From NCBI GenBank assembly GCA_045593985.1, contig JAZNXR010000002.1:3790-67789 (forward strand): a stretch of DNA of 64,000 nucleotides, given 5' to 3'. The translations under genes were made by a program, and so were the position numbers. Of this stretch, positions 51,971 through 60,879 are shown one piece after another. Within the stretch, counting starts at the first letter, position 1; every line of letters begins with the position of its first letter. Below the pieces are notes generated by a model. It searched no databases. It was not told the DNA's origin and was given only the letters and a program-made list of their open reading frames with translations. The stretch is from Eubacteriales bacterium. GTDB taxonomy: Bacteria; Bacillota; Clostridia; Oscillospirales; CAG-272.

Positions 51971-51988
51971 TGCTTTTATACTCGTTAA

Positions 51989-53170
51989 TTATTTCTTGCC
52001 TTTGCTGCCGCCGTAAGTGCCTGCGGTGTCGGCAAAGACAGCCTTTACGCCGTCCTTTTTGCGTGAGGTCTTTACTCGCTTCATAAGCTCCTCGTAGTAA
52101 AGATCCTCGTCGATAGGAAGCTCAACGGCCTTGCCGAGGAAGGCGGAAAGATGCATCGCATTTGAAAGCATAAGTCCGTTTATACCCTCGCTGCCGTGTG
52201 CAACAAGCTTGCCTCCGCGAAGGATCGCATCAGCCCAAGCGTTAAGAACACCTACGTGCTGGGGATTGAGTCCGTCTGTTTCGACCTCCTTGACGTTGCC
52301 GACAAGGTGTCCGAACACCTCGGTATTCGTTGCAGAGAATTCAGGCTCGCTCATTTCGTATTCGTCCATAATGAGCTTGCCGTCCTCAACGACAAATTTT
52401 GCCTTATCCATCTGGATCTCAAGGCGATTCGTTCCTTTTCCGTCACCAGTTGTCGTAACGAAAACACCGGTTGCGCCGTTTTCATATTCAACGTAGGTCG
52501 TAACATCGTCCTCGACCTCTATATCGTGCCACTTGCCGAAATGGAGATGTGCCTGCACCTTGACGGGCATGCCGCAGATCCACTGCCAAAGGTCAAGCTG
52601 ATGAGGACACTGATTAAGGAGAACGCCTCCGCCCTCGCCCGACCAGGTCGCACGCCATCCGCCCGAATTGTAGTATGCCTGAGGGCGATACCAGTTCGTT
52701 ATTATCCAGTTTGTACGGCGAATCCTTCCGTACTCACCGCTTTGAACAAGCTCACGAAGTTTGCGGTACAGGCAGTTCGTTCTCTGATTGAACATCATAC
52801 CGAAAATGACCTCGGGATGCTTTTCTGCAACCTCATTCATTTCTCTTGCCTGCTTTGTGTAAACTCCTGCGGGCTTTTCGACCATAACGTGAACGCCGTT
52901 TTCAAGACAGGTGATGGCGAATTTCGCATGATCGTAGTGAGGAACGGCAACGATAACCGCATCGACCGTTCCGCTTTTTATCATTTCGTCACCGTCGGAA
53001 AAATACTTAACGTCCTCGCCGTAGGCTTCCTTTGCCCAAGTCAGGCGGTCGGGATCGTTATCCGCAATTGCCGAAAGAATGAAGTCGGGGCAGCTGCCCT
53101 TAAGAATGTTTGACGCATGGCCTGTTCCCATGTTGCCGATGCCGATTATACCAAGTCTGATCTTTTCCAT
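51989..53170 (-). CDS. Gfo/Idh/MocA family oxidoreductase
   Basis: IGIIGIGNMG Rossmann start, EKP motif (VMVEKP), family length. Confidence 0.85.
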   Translation of the reverse strand: MEKIRLGIIGIGNMGTGHASNILKGSCPDFILSAIADNDPDRLTWAKEAYGEDVKYFSDGDEMIKSGTVDAVIVAVPHYDHAKFAITCLENGVHVMVEKPAGVYTKQAREMNEVAEKHPEVIFGMMFNQRTNCLYRKLRELVQSGEYGRIRRTNWIITNWYRPQAYYNSGGWRATWSGEGGGVLLNQCPHQLDLWQWICGMPVKVQAHLHFGKWHDIEVEDDVTTYVEYENGATGVFVTTTGDGKGTNRLEIQMDKAKFVVEDGKLIMDEYEMSEPEFSATNTEVFGHLVGNVKEVETDGLNPQHVGVLNAWADAILRGGKLVAHGSEGINGLMLSNAMHLSAFLGKAVELPIDEDLYYEELMKRVKTSRKKDGVKAVFADTAGTYGGSKGKK

Positions 53171-53182
53171 GATCTCACCTCG

Positions 53183-53935
53183 TTAATTAAATCCGCAAGC
53201 CTTAAGATACTCGTAGCTGCGTTTCAGACACTCAAAGGGATCCTCGCCGTAGCAGTTATCCTGCTCAACGACCATATATTCCGTTCCCGCCGCTTCAGCC
53301 ATGCTGAATACACGGTCAAAGTTGATGTTTCCTTCGCCTATAACCGCCATTTTTTGCTCGTAAGCACAGTCTTTAAGATGAATAACGGGAACTCTGCCGG
53401 AAAGAATCCCGATCCATTCCGCAGGATCTGCACCGGCTACCTGCGCCCAGTAGGTGTCGAGGGTGAAGCCCATAAGCTCCTTCGGCATTTCCTCTGCAAG
53501 CATTTCCATGACCGTCTTGCCCCCGAGCTTCTTAAACTCTGCTGCGTGATTGTGATACATGAAATATTTGCCGTTTTCGTGGAAAACCTTTGCGGGCTCA
53601 AGATAAGTCCGAACGAACTCGGGAACGCGCGCTTCGCCGCCCTCGTTGCTGAAGCCGAACCAACCAAGACCAATGCGGTTACAAGAAAGAATATCGTGAT
53701 CGCGCGCGACCTCTGCCGCCTTGGTCTGGATTCTTTCGGCTGCGATGTGAGTAAGCACGCATTTAAGACCGAGAGAGTCAAGCTCTGCCTTCATTTCAGA
53801 AGGATCGTACTCGCAAACTCCCGAAAGCTGTACCGTTGTATAGCCGATGTCCGCAACCTTTTTCAGCGACTCGAAAAGCCCCTCCTTTGTTTTGCAGAAA
53901 TCACGAACGGTATAAAACTGTGCGCCTATTTTCAT
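53183..53935 (-). CDS. sugar phosphate isomerase/epimerase (xylose isomerase-like TIM barrel)
   Basis: MKIGAQFYTVRD start and typical H..D..E pattern (HNH, HLKD, VEQD). Confidence 0.8.
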   Translation of the reverse strand: MKIGAQFYTVRDFCKTKEGLFESLKKVADIGYTTVQLSGVCEYDPSEMKAELDSLGLKCVLTHIAAERIQTKAAEVARDHDILSCNRIGLGWFGFSNEGGEARVPEFVRTYLEPAKVFHENGKYFMYHNHAAEFKKLGGKTVMEMLAEEMPKELMGFTLDTYWAQVAGADPAEWIGILSGRVPVIHLKDCAYEQKMAVIGEGNINFDRVFSMAEAAGTEYMVVEQDNCYGEDPFECLKRSYEYLKACGFN

Positions 53936-54780
53936 TACCTTATCCTCCCGATAATTTTATCAAATGCCGTTACTGCGGCATCAAATGCAGTATCTGCGTC
54001 CGAGAAAGAGAAAAGTCCGATGTTGCTTCTTTCGCCATCTCTTTCAAGACCGGCAAGCCCGTCAAATTCAACGAGATGCGGCTCAAGCGTAAAGTCGGTT
54101 TTTCCGCTTCTTATAAGGTCGGAAACGACCTCGGCGATCCTTCCGTCTCCGTAGCCTGCAGGAACGATTGCGCCGTCGGCTCTCGAATCCTTTACGTGCA
54201 TATATTCAATATAATTTTTCAGCTTGTTATACGCCTCGATGGGGTTAACGCCGCATTGAACGAAGTTTGCAGGATCAAATATCGCCTTGATCTTCGGAAT
54301 GCTCTTGAAAATAGTCACGGCCCTGTCCGGGGCATCTCCGTAAAGCCCCTTCTCGTTTTCACAGCAAAGGGTAATTCCGCTTCCCCTCGAAGCAGAAACG
54401 AGAGCATTCAATCTTTCAAGTACCTTGTCGGTGCAGGCATCGGGATCTCCGACGGTATAAAACGAGAAAATTCTCATATTTTTTGCGCCGAGGATCTTTG
54501 CAAGCTCAAGAATGTGCCTGAACTTTTCAAGATGCGTATCAAAATCGTCGTCAATACTGATCTTGCCTATCGGAGAGCCGATCGAGAAAACCGAAAGCCC
54601 GTGCTTGTCAAGCTTGCTCTTTACCTCGTGTGCCTTTTCGACTGTAATATCGGCAATATTCGTCCCGTCAACTCCTCGGATCTCCAAGCCGTCAAGACCG
54701 TTGCGCAGAAGGGCGTCGATCTGACCGTCAATGCTCGCACTCGCCTCGTCAGCGAAGGCGTATAGCTTTAAATTATCCAT
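53935..54780 (-). CDS. sugar phosphate isomerase/epimerase (xylose isomerase-like TIM barrel)
   Basis: GLDGLEIR, CCENE, FDPANF, HVKD segments. Confidence 0.8.
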   Translation of the reverse strand: MDNLKLYAFADEASASIDGQIDALLRNGLDGLEIRGVDGTNIADITVEKAHEVKSKLDKHGLSVFSIGSPIGKISIDDDFDTHLEKFRHILELAKILGAKNMRIFSFYTVGDPDACTDKVLERLNALVSASRGSGITLCCENEKGLYGDAPDRAVTIFKSIPKIKAIFDPANFVQCGVNPIEAYNKLKNYIEYMHVKDSRADGAIVPAGYGDGRIAEVVSDLIRSGKTDFTLEPHLVEFDGLAGLERDGERSNIGLFSFSDADTAFDAAVTAFDKIIGRIR

Positions 54781-54896
54781 ATTCTCACCTCACTGTATAT
54801 TGTATAATAAGCCAAAAATAAATACAATTACCCTAAAAATCAAAAAAACATTGCATTTAGGACTTTATTGCTTTATAATAAATGTGAGGTGATGTT

Positions 54897-55688
54897 ATGT
54901 CAAGAATTATTATTGCGGATAGGAATTATACCGAAAAACCCGATACGAATCTTTTCAAAATGCACGCTCATGACGGCTACGAGATTTACTGCTTTTTAAG
55001 CGGCAAGGCGAAGTATTTTGTCGAGGGAACGCTCTATTCGCTTCGCGCGGGCGATATATTTATAATGAAAAAGGCGGAGTCGCATACGCTTCTTTTGCTG
55101 AAAAGTCAGCCATACGAAAGAATAGCGATTCATTTCAGCGCCGATGCGATCGTCGGGAATATGAGAGAAAGGCTTTTGAGCTGTATGAACAGTCGCCCGC
55201 TCGGTCAGAATAACCGCTTCCCGGCGTCGGTATTCAAGGATAAAAACTGGTCTTATTATCTGAATAAGATTTGCGAAGAACAAGACGAGGAAAAGAAAAA
55301 GCTGTATCTTACCGTCCTCGTTTCCGAGCTGTGCGATTCTTTGGGTGAAAATCACTCCGATAACGAGGCAAAGGACAATATTTCCGATATAATCAGTTAT
55401 ATAAATTCGCATCTGAGCGACGATTTGAACCTTGACAGCATCTGCGCGGTTTTTCATACAAGCCGTTCGCATACAAATCGGAAATTCAGAAAAATGACAG
55501 GCTCGTCAATGTGGGAATACATAAAGCGCAAGCGACTTCTTATGGCAAAGGAGCTTCTGTCGCAGGGCGAAAGCCCCTACCGTGTTTATGAAAAATGCGG
55601 CTTTAACGAGTATAGCTCCTTTTATCGGGCGTATAAAGCCGAATTCGGCATCAGCCCGAAAAAGGACCATATCAAGCAAGAAAAATGA
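54897..55688 (+). CDS. AraC family transcriptional regulator (cupin sensor plus HTH)
   Basis: N-terminal cupin HAHDGYEIY and C-terminal AraC HTH (FGISPKK). Divergent from the TIM-barrel/oxidoreductase operon. Confidence 0.85.
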   Translation: MSRIIIADRNYTEKPDTNLFKMHAHDGYEIYCFLSGKAKYFVEGTLYSLRAGDIFIMKKAESHTLLLLKSQPYERIAIHFSADAIVGNMRERLLSCMNSRPLGQNNRFPASVFKDKNWSYYLNKICEEQDEEKKKLYLTVLVSELCDSLGENHSDNEAKDNISDIISYINSHLSDDLNLDSICAVFHTSRSHTNRKFRKMTGSSMWEYIKRKRLLMAKELLSQGESPYRVYEKCGFNEYSSFYRAYKAEFGISPKKDHIKQEK

Positions 55689-55694
55689 AAATGT

Positions 55695-55729
55695 AAAATC
55701 CCCGATGACCGTTGTCATCGGGGATTTCT
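55695..55729. terminator. bidirectional rho-independent terminator
   Basis: ATCCCCGATGAC-CGTT-GTCATCGGGGAT, 12-bp stem, between convergent genes. Confidence 0.85.
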
Positions 55730-56596
55730 TTATTTAAAATATTTCTTTACAAACGCAATATCGCGCTCGGAATCGGAGGCGCCGTAGCCGTCGTAGACGG
55801 TTTCGATGGAAATTGCGCCGTCGTAGCCTATCGATTTTAAGGTATGGAGGTAATCTGCAACCTCGCAAACGCCCTTACCAAGCTCGACCTCGATCAGCTC
55901 ATTGCCGTCATTCGTTACCCAATGCGGATTTTCGGATACGTCGTCGCCTTCAAGAATAATGTAGTCCTTGACGTGAGCGTGAAGAACTCGGGGAGCGTAG
56001 ACCTTGTAGAAATCAGTCGGGTGAGTTTCTGCAAAAAGCGTATTTCCGACGTCGCCGCAAACGCCTATTTTAAGGCCTCTGCGCTCCATCTCGTCATAAA
56101 GACGGCCGAAATTCTCAATGCCGTTCACGAACGGGCCCTGCGGCTCGTAAAGAACGGTAAGACCGAGGGAATTTGCATATCTTCCAACCTCCTCATCGCA
56201 CTCGCAAAGGCGGTCGAAAAGGGTATCGAAGGTGTCGGGGTTTTCCTTGTTATTGTCATAGCCTATCGTCATCGTGTGATGGAAGTAGGGCGCACCGAGA
56301 ATTGCCGCATACTCCGCCGACTGCTTGAAGGTGTCGACGCCGTCCTTTTCGCCGTACATTCCGCCTGCTTCGGCAAGAATGTTTCCGCCGACCGAGTAGC
56401 AAGCGCAACGCAGGCCATAGCGGTCGAGAGCGTTTTTAAGCTCGTATGCGTATTCCTTGTTCGGGATTCTCTTGACCGTCGGAACATCGAGAAATTCGAC
56501 TGCGGTAAATCCGCGTTCAACTGCATAGGAGAGCGTCTTTTCGATGCCCTCGCTTGTCAGCATGCCGTTAAAATAAGAGTAAAATGTGACGTCCAT
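55730..56596 (-). CDS. sugar phosphate isomerase/epimerase (xylose isomerase-like TIM barrel)
   Basis: GFTAVEF, YEPQ, CGDVGN, HVKD, SIET segments. Confidence 0.8.
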   Translation of the reverse strand: MDVTFYSYFNGMLTSEGIEKTLSYAVERGFTAVEFLDVPTVKRIPNKEYAYELKNALDRYGLRCACYSVGGNILAEAGGMYGEKDGVDTFKQSAEYAAILGAPYFHHTMTIGYDNNKENPDTFDTLFDRLCECDEEVGRYANSLGLTVLYEPQGPFVNGIENFGRLYDEMERRGLKIGVCGDVGNTLFAETHPTDFYKVYAPRVLHAHVKDYIILEGDDVSENPHWVTNDGNELIEVELGKGVCEVADYLHTLKSIGYDGAISIETVYDGYGASDSERDIAFVKKYFK

Positions 56597-56611
56597 AATT
56601 CTGTCTCCTTT

Positions 56612-57796
56612 TTAGATATCTGCATAAGCATCTGCTTCGATCGTGTAAAGAGAATCGAAGGCTTCGTTTTCGAGTGCCTCGTAATCGTATTTTTGCTCCT
56701 GAAGAATGACCTTTTCAATATCAGGTCGGGTTTTCGGGTGCTTGGGAGTGAATACGGTACAGCAATCCTCAAATGGCAGGATCGAGGTCTCAAATGCCTC
56801 GATTCTGCGGGAAATTGCGATGATCTCCTCCTTATCCATTCCGATACAGGGACGGAAAACAGGACGTTTAACGACCGCATCGGTGACGGTCAGCGCTTGC
56901 ATCGTCTGCGATGCGACCTGACCGACAGCCTCGCCCGTGATAAGTGCCTGGCAGTAGTTTCTTTCAGCCACTCGCTCGGCAAGACGCATCATTGAACGGC
57001 GAAGAAGAAGGGTAAAATATTCCTCGTCAACCGAGTCGCGGAGAACCTCCTGAAGATGAGTCAGGGAAATAACGTGAACCTTGATTTTTCCGCAGTATTC
57101 CGAAACGATCTCGGCAAGACGAATGACCTTATCACGCGCCTGCTCCGAGGTGTAGGGATAGCTTTCAAAGTGTACCGCTTCAAGGATCACGCCTCGCTTT
57201 GCCATCATAAAGCCGGCAACCGGGGAATCAATACCGCCCGAAAGAAGAAGGAGTCCCTTGCCGTTTGAGCCGTTAGGCATACCGCCCGCACCCGGGAAGC
57301 TTCCTGCATGAATGTAGGCGTTTTCCTCACGGATCTCGGTCATTACGACAACCGACGGCTTGTGAAGATCGACCTTGAGATATGGCATAGCTTCAAGCAC
57401 GGCACCGCCGACCTGTGCGGCGATCTCGGGCGACTTCATCGGGAATTTTTTGTCTGAGCGACGGGCATCTGCCTTAAAGGAAGCGTGACCTTTCAGATAT
57501 TCGGGCAGGTATTCCTTCGCCACTCGCTTTATATCGTCAATATTCTTCTCGGCAACCGCAGCACGGGCAACGGTCGTAATTCCGAAAACCTTACGGCAGA
57601 GGCGAAGCGCCTCGTCGATATCGCAGTTATCGTCCTGCGGCTCAACGTAGATTGTGCTTTGAGCAAGAGTTACCTTAAAAACGCCTGCAAGCTTCAGGCG
57701 AGCTTCAAGCTCTTTCTTGAGCAGCTTTTCAAAATATCCTCGGTTAAGCCCCTTAAGAGCAAGCTCACCGTATTTCAGGAGCAGTACTTCCTTCAT
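56612..57796 (-). CDS. thiI: tRNA uracil 4-sulfurtransferase
   Basis: KYGELALKG start, THUMP domain, PP-loop LLSGGIDSPVA. Confidence 0.9.
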   Translation of the reverse strand: MKEVLLLKYGELALKGLNRGYFEKLLKKELEARLKLAGVFKVTLAQSTIYVEPQDDNCDIDEALRLCRKVFGITTVARAAVAEKNIDDIKRVAKEYLPEYLKGHASFKADARRSDKKFPMKSPEIAAQVGGAVLEAMPYLKVDLHKPSVVVMTEIREENAYIHAGSFPGAGGMPNGSNGKGLLLLSGGIDSPVAGFMMAKRGVILEAVHFESYPYTSEQARDKVIRLAEIVSEYCGKIKVHVISLTHLQEVLRDSVDEEYFTLLLRRSMMRLAERVAERNYCQALITGEAVGQVASQTMQALTVTDAVVKRPVFRPCIGMDKEEIIAISRRIEAFETSILPFEDCCTVFTPKHPKTRPDIEKVILQEQKYDYEALENEAFDSLYTIEADAYADI

Positions 57797-58485
57797 TTTT
57801 TATGTTCCTTTGCGTATTTTTTACATATACCGTTCAGCCGACATTGACCGCATTTCGGTGCTTTTGCGGAGCAGGTCTCACGTCCGAAAAGGACTATGCG
57901 GTGGCAGAAATCGGATTGCTCGCTCGGTTCGATGTATTTAACCAGCTCTTTTTCAACCTTGGCAGCATCCTTTAAGCCTTCGGGATAAAATCCCAGCCTT
58001 CCGCAGATGCGGATACAGTGAGTGTCGGCAACGATTGCAGGCAGACCGTAAAGGTCGCCCCGAATGAGGTTTGCGATCTTTCTTCCGACGCCCGAGAGCG
58101 AGAGCAGGGCGTCCATGTCGCTCGGCACCCTGCCGCCGTGATCTTCAATAAGCTGAATAGACATTTCCTTTAAATCCCTTGCCTTCATTCTGTAAAGACC
58201 GCAGGAGCGAATAAGCTCCTCTATAACGGCAATGTCAGCATTCGCCATCGCTTCCATCGTCGGTATCTCTTTAAAAAGCGTTTCACATACGAGATTGACT
58301 CTTGCATCGGTGCATTGAGCAGACAGACGTGCCATAACGATAAGCTTAAAGGGATCTCCCTCGTAGTTTAGCGCACATTCAGCGGTAGGGTAGATCTCGG
58401 TCAAAATACGAGTTACCTCCCGTCCAAGCTGCTTTTTGGTCATTCTTTTTATAATTTTATCTTCATTTTGCTTTTTTTGTGTCAT
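57793..58485 (-). CDS. nth: endonuclease III
   Basis: HhH-GPD LSGVGRKIAN and C-terminal 4Fe-4S cluster C..C..C..C. Confidence 0.9.
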   Translation of the reverse strand: MTQKKQNEDKIIKRMTKKQLGREVTRILTEIYPTAECALNYEGDPFKLIVMARLSAQCTDARVNLVCETLFKEIPTMEAMANADIAVIEELIRSCGLYRMKARDLKEMSIQLIEDHGGRVPSDMDALLSLSGVGRKIANLIRGDLYGLPAIVADTHCIRICGRLGFYPEGLKDAAKVEKELVKYIEPSEQSDFCHRIVLFGRETCSAKAPKCGQCRLNGICKKYAKEHKK

Positions 58486-58577
58486 TTGGCTCTTCCATTA
58501 TTGAAAGATAAGTAGTATAATATATTATATAATAGTTTTTATTGAATTTCAAGACTTTTTACAAAGGATTGCGAAAA

Positions 58578-60293
58578 ATGGAAAAAGCAAAAAAAGCTTT
58601 ACCCGAGCTTCTTGCTCCTTGCGGCTCGCTTGACTCGCTTACTGCCGCAGTTGAGGGAGGGGCAGATGCAGTATATTTCGGCGGCACGGTATTCAATGCG
58701 AGAATGAACGCAAAGAATTTCGAGCGCTCGGATATTCGCTCCGCTGTCGGTTACTGCCATGAAAACGGAGTTAAGGCATACGTTACTCTCAATACTCAAA
58801 TATATGACCGTGAGCTGAAAAGCGCACTTGACCATGCTGCGTTTCTTTATGAAAGCGGCGTTGATGCGCTGATCACTGCAGACATGGGGCTTTCCATGCT
58901 TATTAAAAAGCATATTCCGGATTTTGAGCTTCATGCATCAACCCAGGCAACCGTTCATAATCTTGCGGGAGCCGAAAGGCTTTATGACCTCGGCTTCAGC
59001 CGTGTCGTCGGCGCAAGGGAAATGGATCTTGATAATATTAAAACGCTTTGTCAGTCACGCGCCGAGATCGAGATGTTTATTCACGGCGCAATTTGCGTCA
59101 GCGTTTCGGGACAGTGCCTTATGAGCGCAATGCTCGGCGGCAGAAGCGGAAACCGAGGTCAATGCGCTCAACCCTGCCGTATGTGCTATAACGGCGAATA
59201 TCCTCTTTCGGTAAAGGATATGTGCCTTGGCGGTCATATTCCCTCGCTTATTGAGGCGGGCGTTTCTTCTCTGAAAATCGAAGGCAGAATGAAAAGCCCT
59301 GCCTACGTTTACGGAGTGACGAAAATTTATCGCAGGCTCCTTGATGAAGGACGGAGCGCAACCCGTGACGAGATAAACGAGCTTCAAAGATTATTCTCCC
59401 GAAGCGGATTTACGGACGGATATTTCACCGGTAATATCGGAAAGAATATGCTCGGCATACGCACCGAAACCGATATCGCCAAAACAAGAGGCGAGGGCGC
59501 TTTTAAAAGCGGTGTGGTAAAGCCTGTCGAGCAAAGCTTAAAGAAGGCTCCCGAGATCCCCTCGAAGATTGATTTTCCGCAAAAGAGAAGAACTGCGAAG
59601 GCGGTATTTACCGCCTACTTCCGTGAAGCGGGACAGATTCCCGAAAGCCACGATCTTGATATAACTTATCTTCCCCTGTCAAAATACCGCAGCGTGTCAA
59701 ACGGCGTTTCGTTGCCGCCCGTTATTTTTGACAGCGAGCTTGATGACGTAAGGCGTTCTCTTGAAAACGCCGCAAAGCAGGGCGCAAAGCATCTTCTGAT
59801 CCATAATATCGGTCAGCTTGCCCTTGCCCGCGAGTACGGCTTGGCCGCTCACGGAAGCCATAGGCTTAACGTCTTTAACAATTATTCCGCAGATTTCTTT
59901 CAGAAGCAGGGAGAGCTTGACAGCATAATTCTTTCAGCGGAGCTTATCCTGCCGCAGATGCGAGATATAATTCTTCCCGAGGGTGTAAGAAAGGGCGCGA
60001 TCGTCTACGGACGGCTTCCCTTGATGCTTCTTCATAAGCCTGTCGAGAAAAAGGTGCTTCGTGATAATAGGGGCGCAAGCTTCCCGATTTATCCCGAGGA
60101 GGGAAAGGATATTCTTTATAACAGCGTAAATATCTATATGGCAGACCAGCTCGACCGCCTTGACGGCGCAGGAATTGAGGAAAGACATCTTATCTTTACG
60201 GGCGAAAACCGCGGCGAGGTCATGAGAGTGCTTTACGCTTACGCCCACAAGCTTCCGCCTAAGGAGCGAGAGGCAATAAAACGAATCAAGTGA
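58578..60293 (+). CDS. peptidase U32 family protein
   Basis: ELLAPCGS..GADAVYFGG start, IHGA.C.S.SGQC and QPCR segments of the U32 family. Start moved to MEKAKK. Confidence 0.8.
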   Translation: MEKAKKALPELLAPCGSLDSLTAAVEGGADAVYFGGTVFNARMNAKNFERSDIRSAVGYCHENGVKAYVTLNTQIYDRELKSALDHAAFLYESGVDALITADMGLSMLIKKHIPDFELHASTQATVHNLAGAERLYDLGFSRVVGAREMDLDNIKTLCQSRAEIEMFIHGAICVSVSGQCLMSAMLGGRSGNRGQCAQPCRMCYNGEYPLSVKDMCLGGHIPSLIEAGVSSLKIEGRMKSPAYVYGVTKIYRRLLDEGRSATRDEINELQRLFSRSGFTDGYFTGNIGKNMLGIRTETDIAKTRGEGAFKSGVVKPVEQSLKKAPEIPSKIDFPQKRRTAKAVFTAYFREAGQIPESHDLDITYLPLSKYRSVSNGVSLPPVIFDSELDDVRRSLENAAKQGAKHLLIHNIGQLALAREYGLAAHGSHRLNVFNNYSADFFQKQGELDSIILSAELILPQMRDIILPEGVRKGAIVYGRLPLMLLHKPVEKKVLRDNRGASFPIYPEEGKDILYNSVNIYMADQLDRLDGAGIEERHLIFTGENRGEVMRVLYAYAHKLPPKEREAIKRIK

Positions 60294-60303
60294 GGACGAA
60301 AAC

Positions 60304-60744
60304 ATGAACGTAAAGGTCAAAATTCTCCGTGAGGGCGCACACGTTCCGACGCTCGGAACGTCGGGTGCCGCCGCTTGCGATCTCTATGCGCTTCTTCCCG
60401 AGCCGATAGTTCTTCAGCCGGGCGAGCGCCGACCTATTCCGACGGGAATAGCAATTGCCCTTCCGAGCAGCGATTACGTTGCAATCGTTTGCGCAAGAAG
60501 CGGACTTGCCCTTAAGCAGGGACTTGCTCTTTGCAACGGCATTGGCGTTATCGACAGCGATTACAGAGGCGAGATCTTCTTTGCCGCAGTCAACAACGAC
60601 AAGGAGCCGAAAACTATCGAAAACGGCGAAAGAATCGGCCAGCTTATGATAATGCCCGTTATACGTGCGGAGTATGAGGTCGTCGATGAGCTCGACGAAA
60701 CCGAACGCGGAGAGGGTGGCTTCGGCTCAACGGGCGTGAAATAA
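60304..60744 (+). CDS. dut: dUTP diphosphatase
   Basis: GAAACDLYA, GVIDSDYRGE, and C-terminal RGEGGFGSTG. Confidence 0.95.
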   Translation: MNVKVKILREGAHVPTLGTSGAAACDLYALLPEPIVLQPGERRPIPTGIAIALPSSDYVAIVCARSGLALKQGLALCNGIGVIDSDYRGEIFFAAVNNDKEPKTIENGERIGQLMIMPVIRAEYEVVDELDETERGEGGFGSTGVK

Positions 60745-60817
60745 TCCGGAGTTTGCCAATAATTCCCGAAATTTTGTATGTTTTTGCTCATATTGCCACA
60801 ATTTGCGTTAAATTTGT

Positions 60818-60846
60818 TTGACAAATTGCTTAAAACGTGATATAAT
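60818..60846 (+). promoter_or_regulatory. sigma-A promoter of glgB-glgC
   Basis: TTGACA, 17-nt spacer, TATAAT preceded by CGTGA. Confidence 0.75.
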
Positions 60847-60879
60847 TTATTCACAATAAATTACTTGGGGGCGAATATC

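Noticed and set aside
52196-54765. Three long plus-strand ORFs (305, 345 and 309 aa) opposite the oxidoreductase/TIM-barrel operon. Similar antisense ORFs occur at 55844-56995, 16265-17467, 60847-61578, 43662-44342 and 28651-29361
   Set aside because: The opposite-strand proteins carry clear family motifs, while the antisense translations are low-complexity with no SD. For 52196-53113 I checked the phase. It is codon-aligned with the real gene, so its stops would need TTA, CTA or TCA sense codons, which the gene simply avoids. 55844-56995 also spans two unrelated genes.
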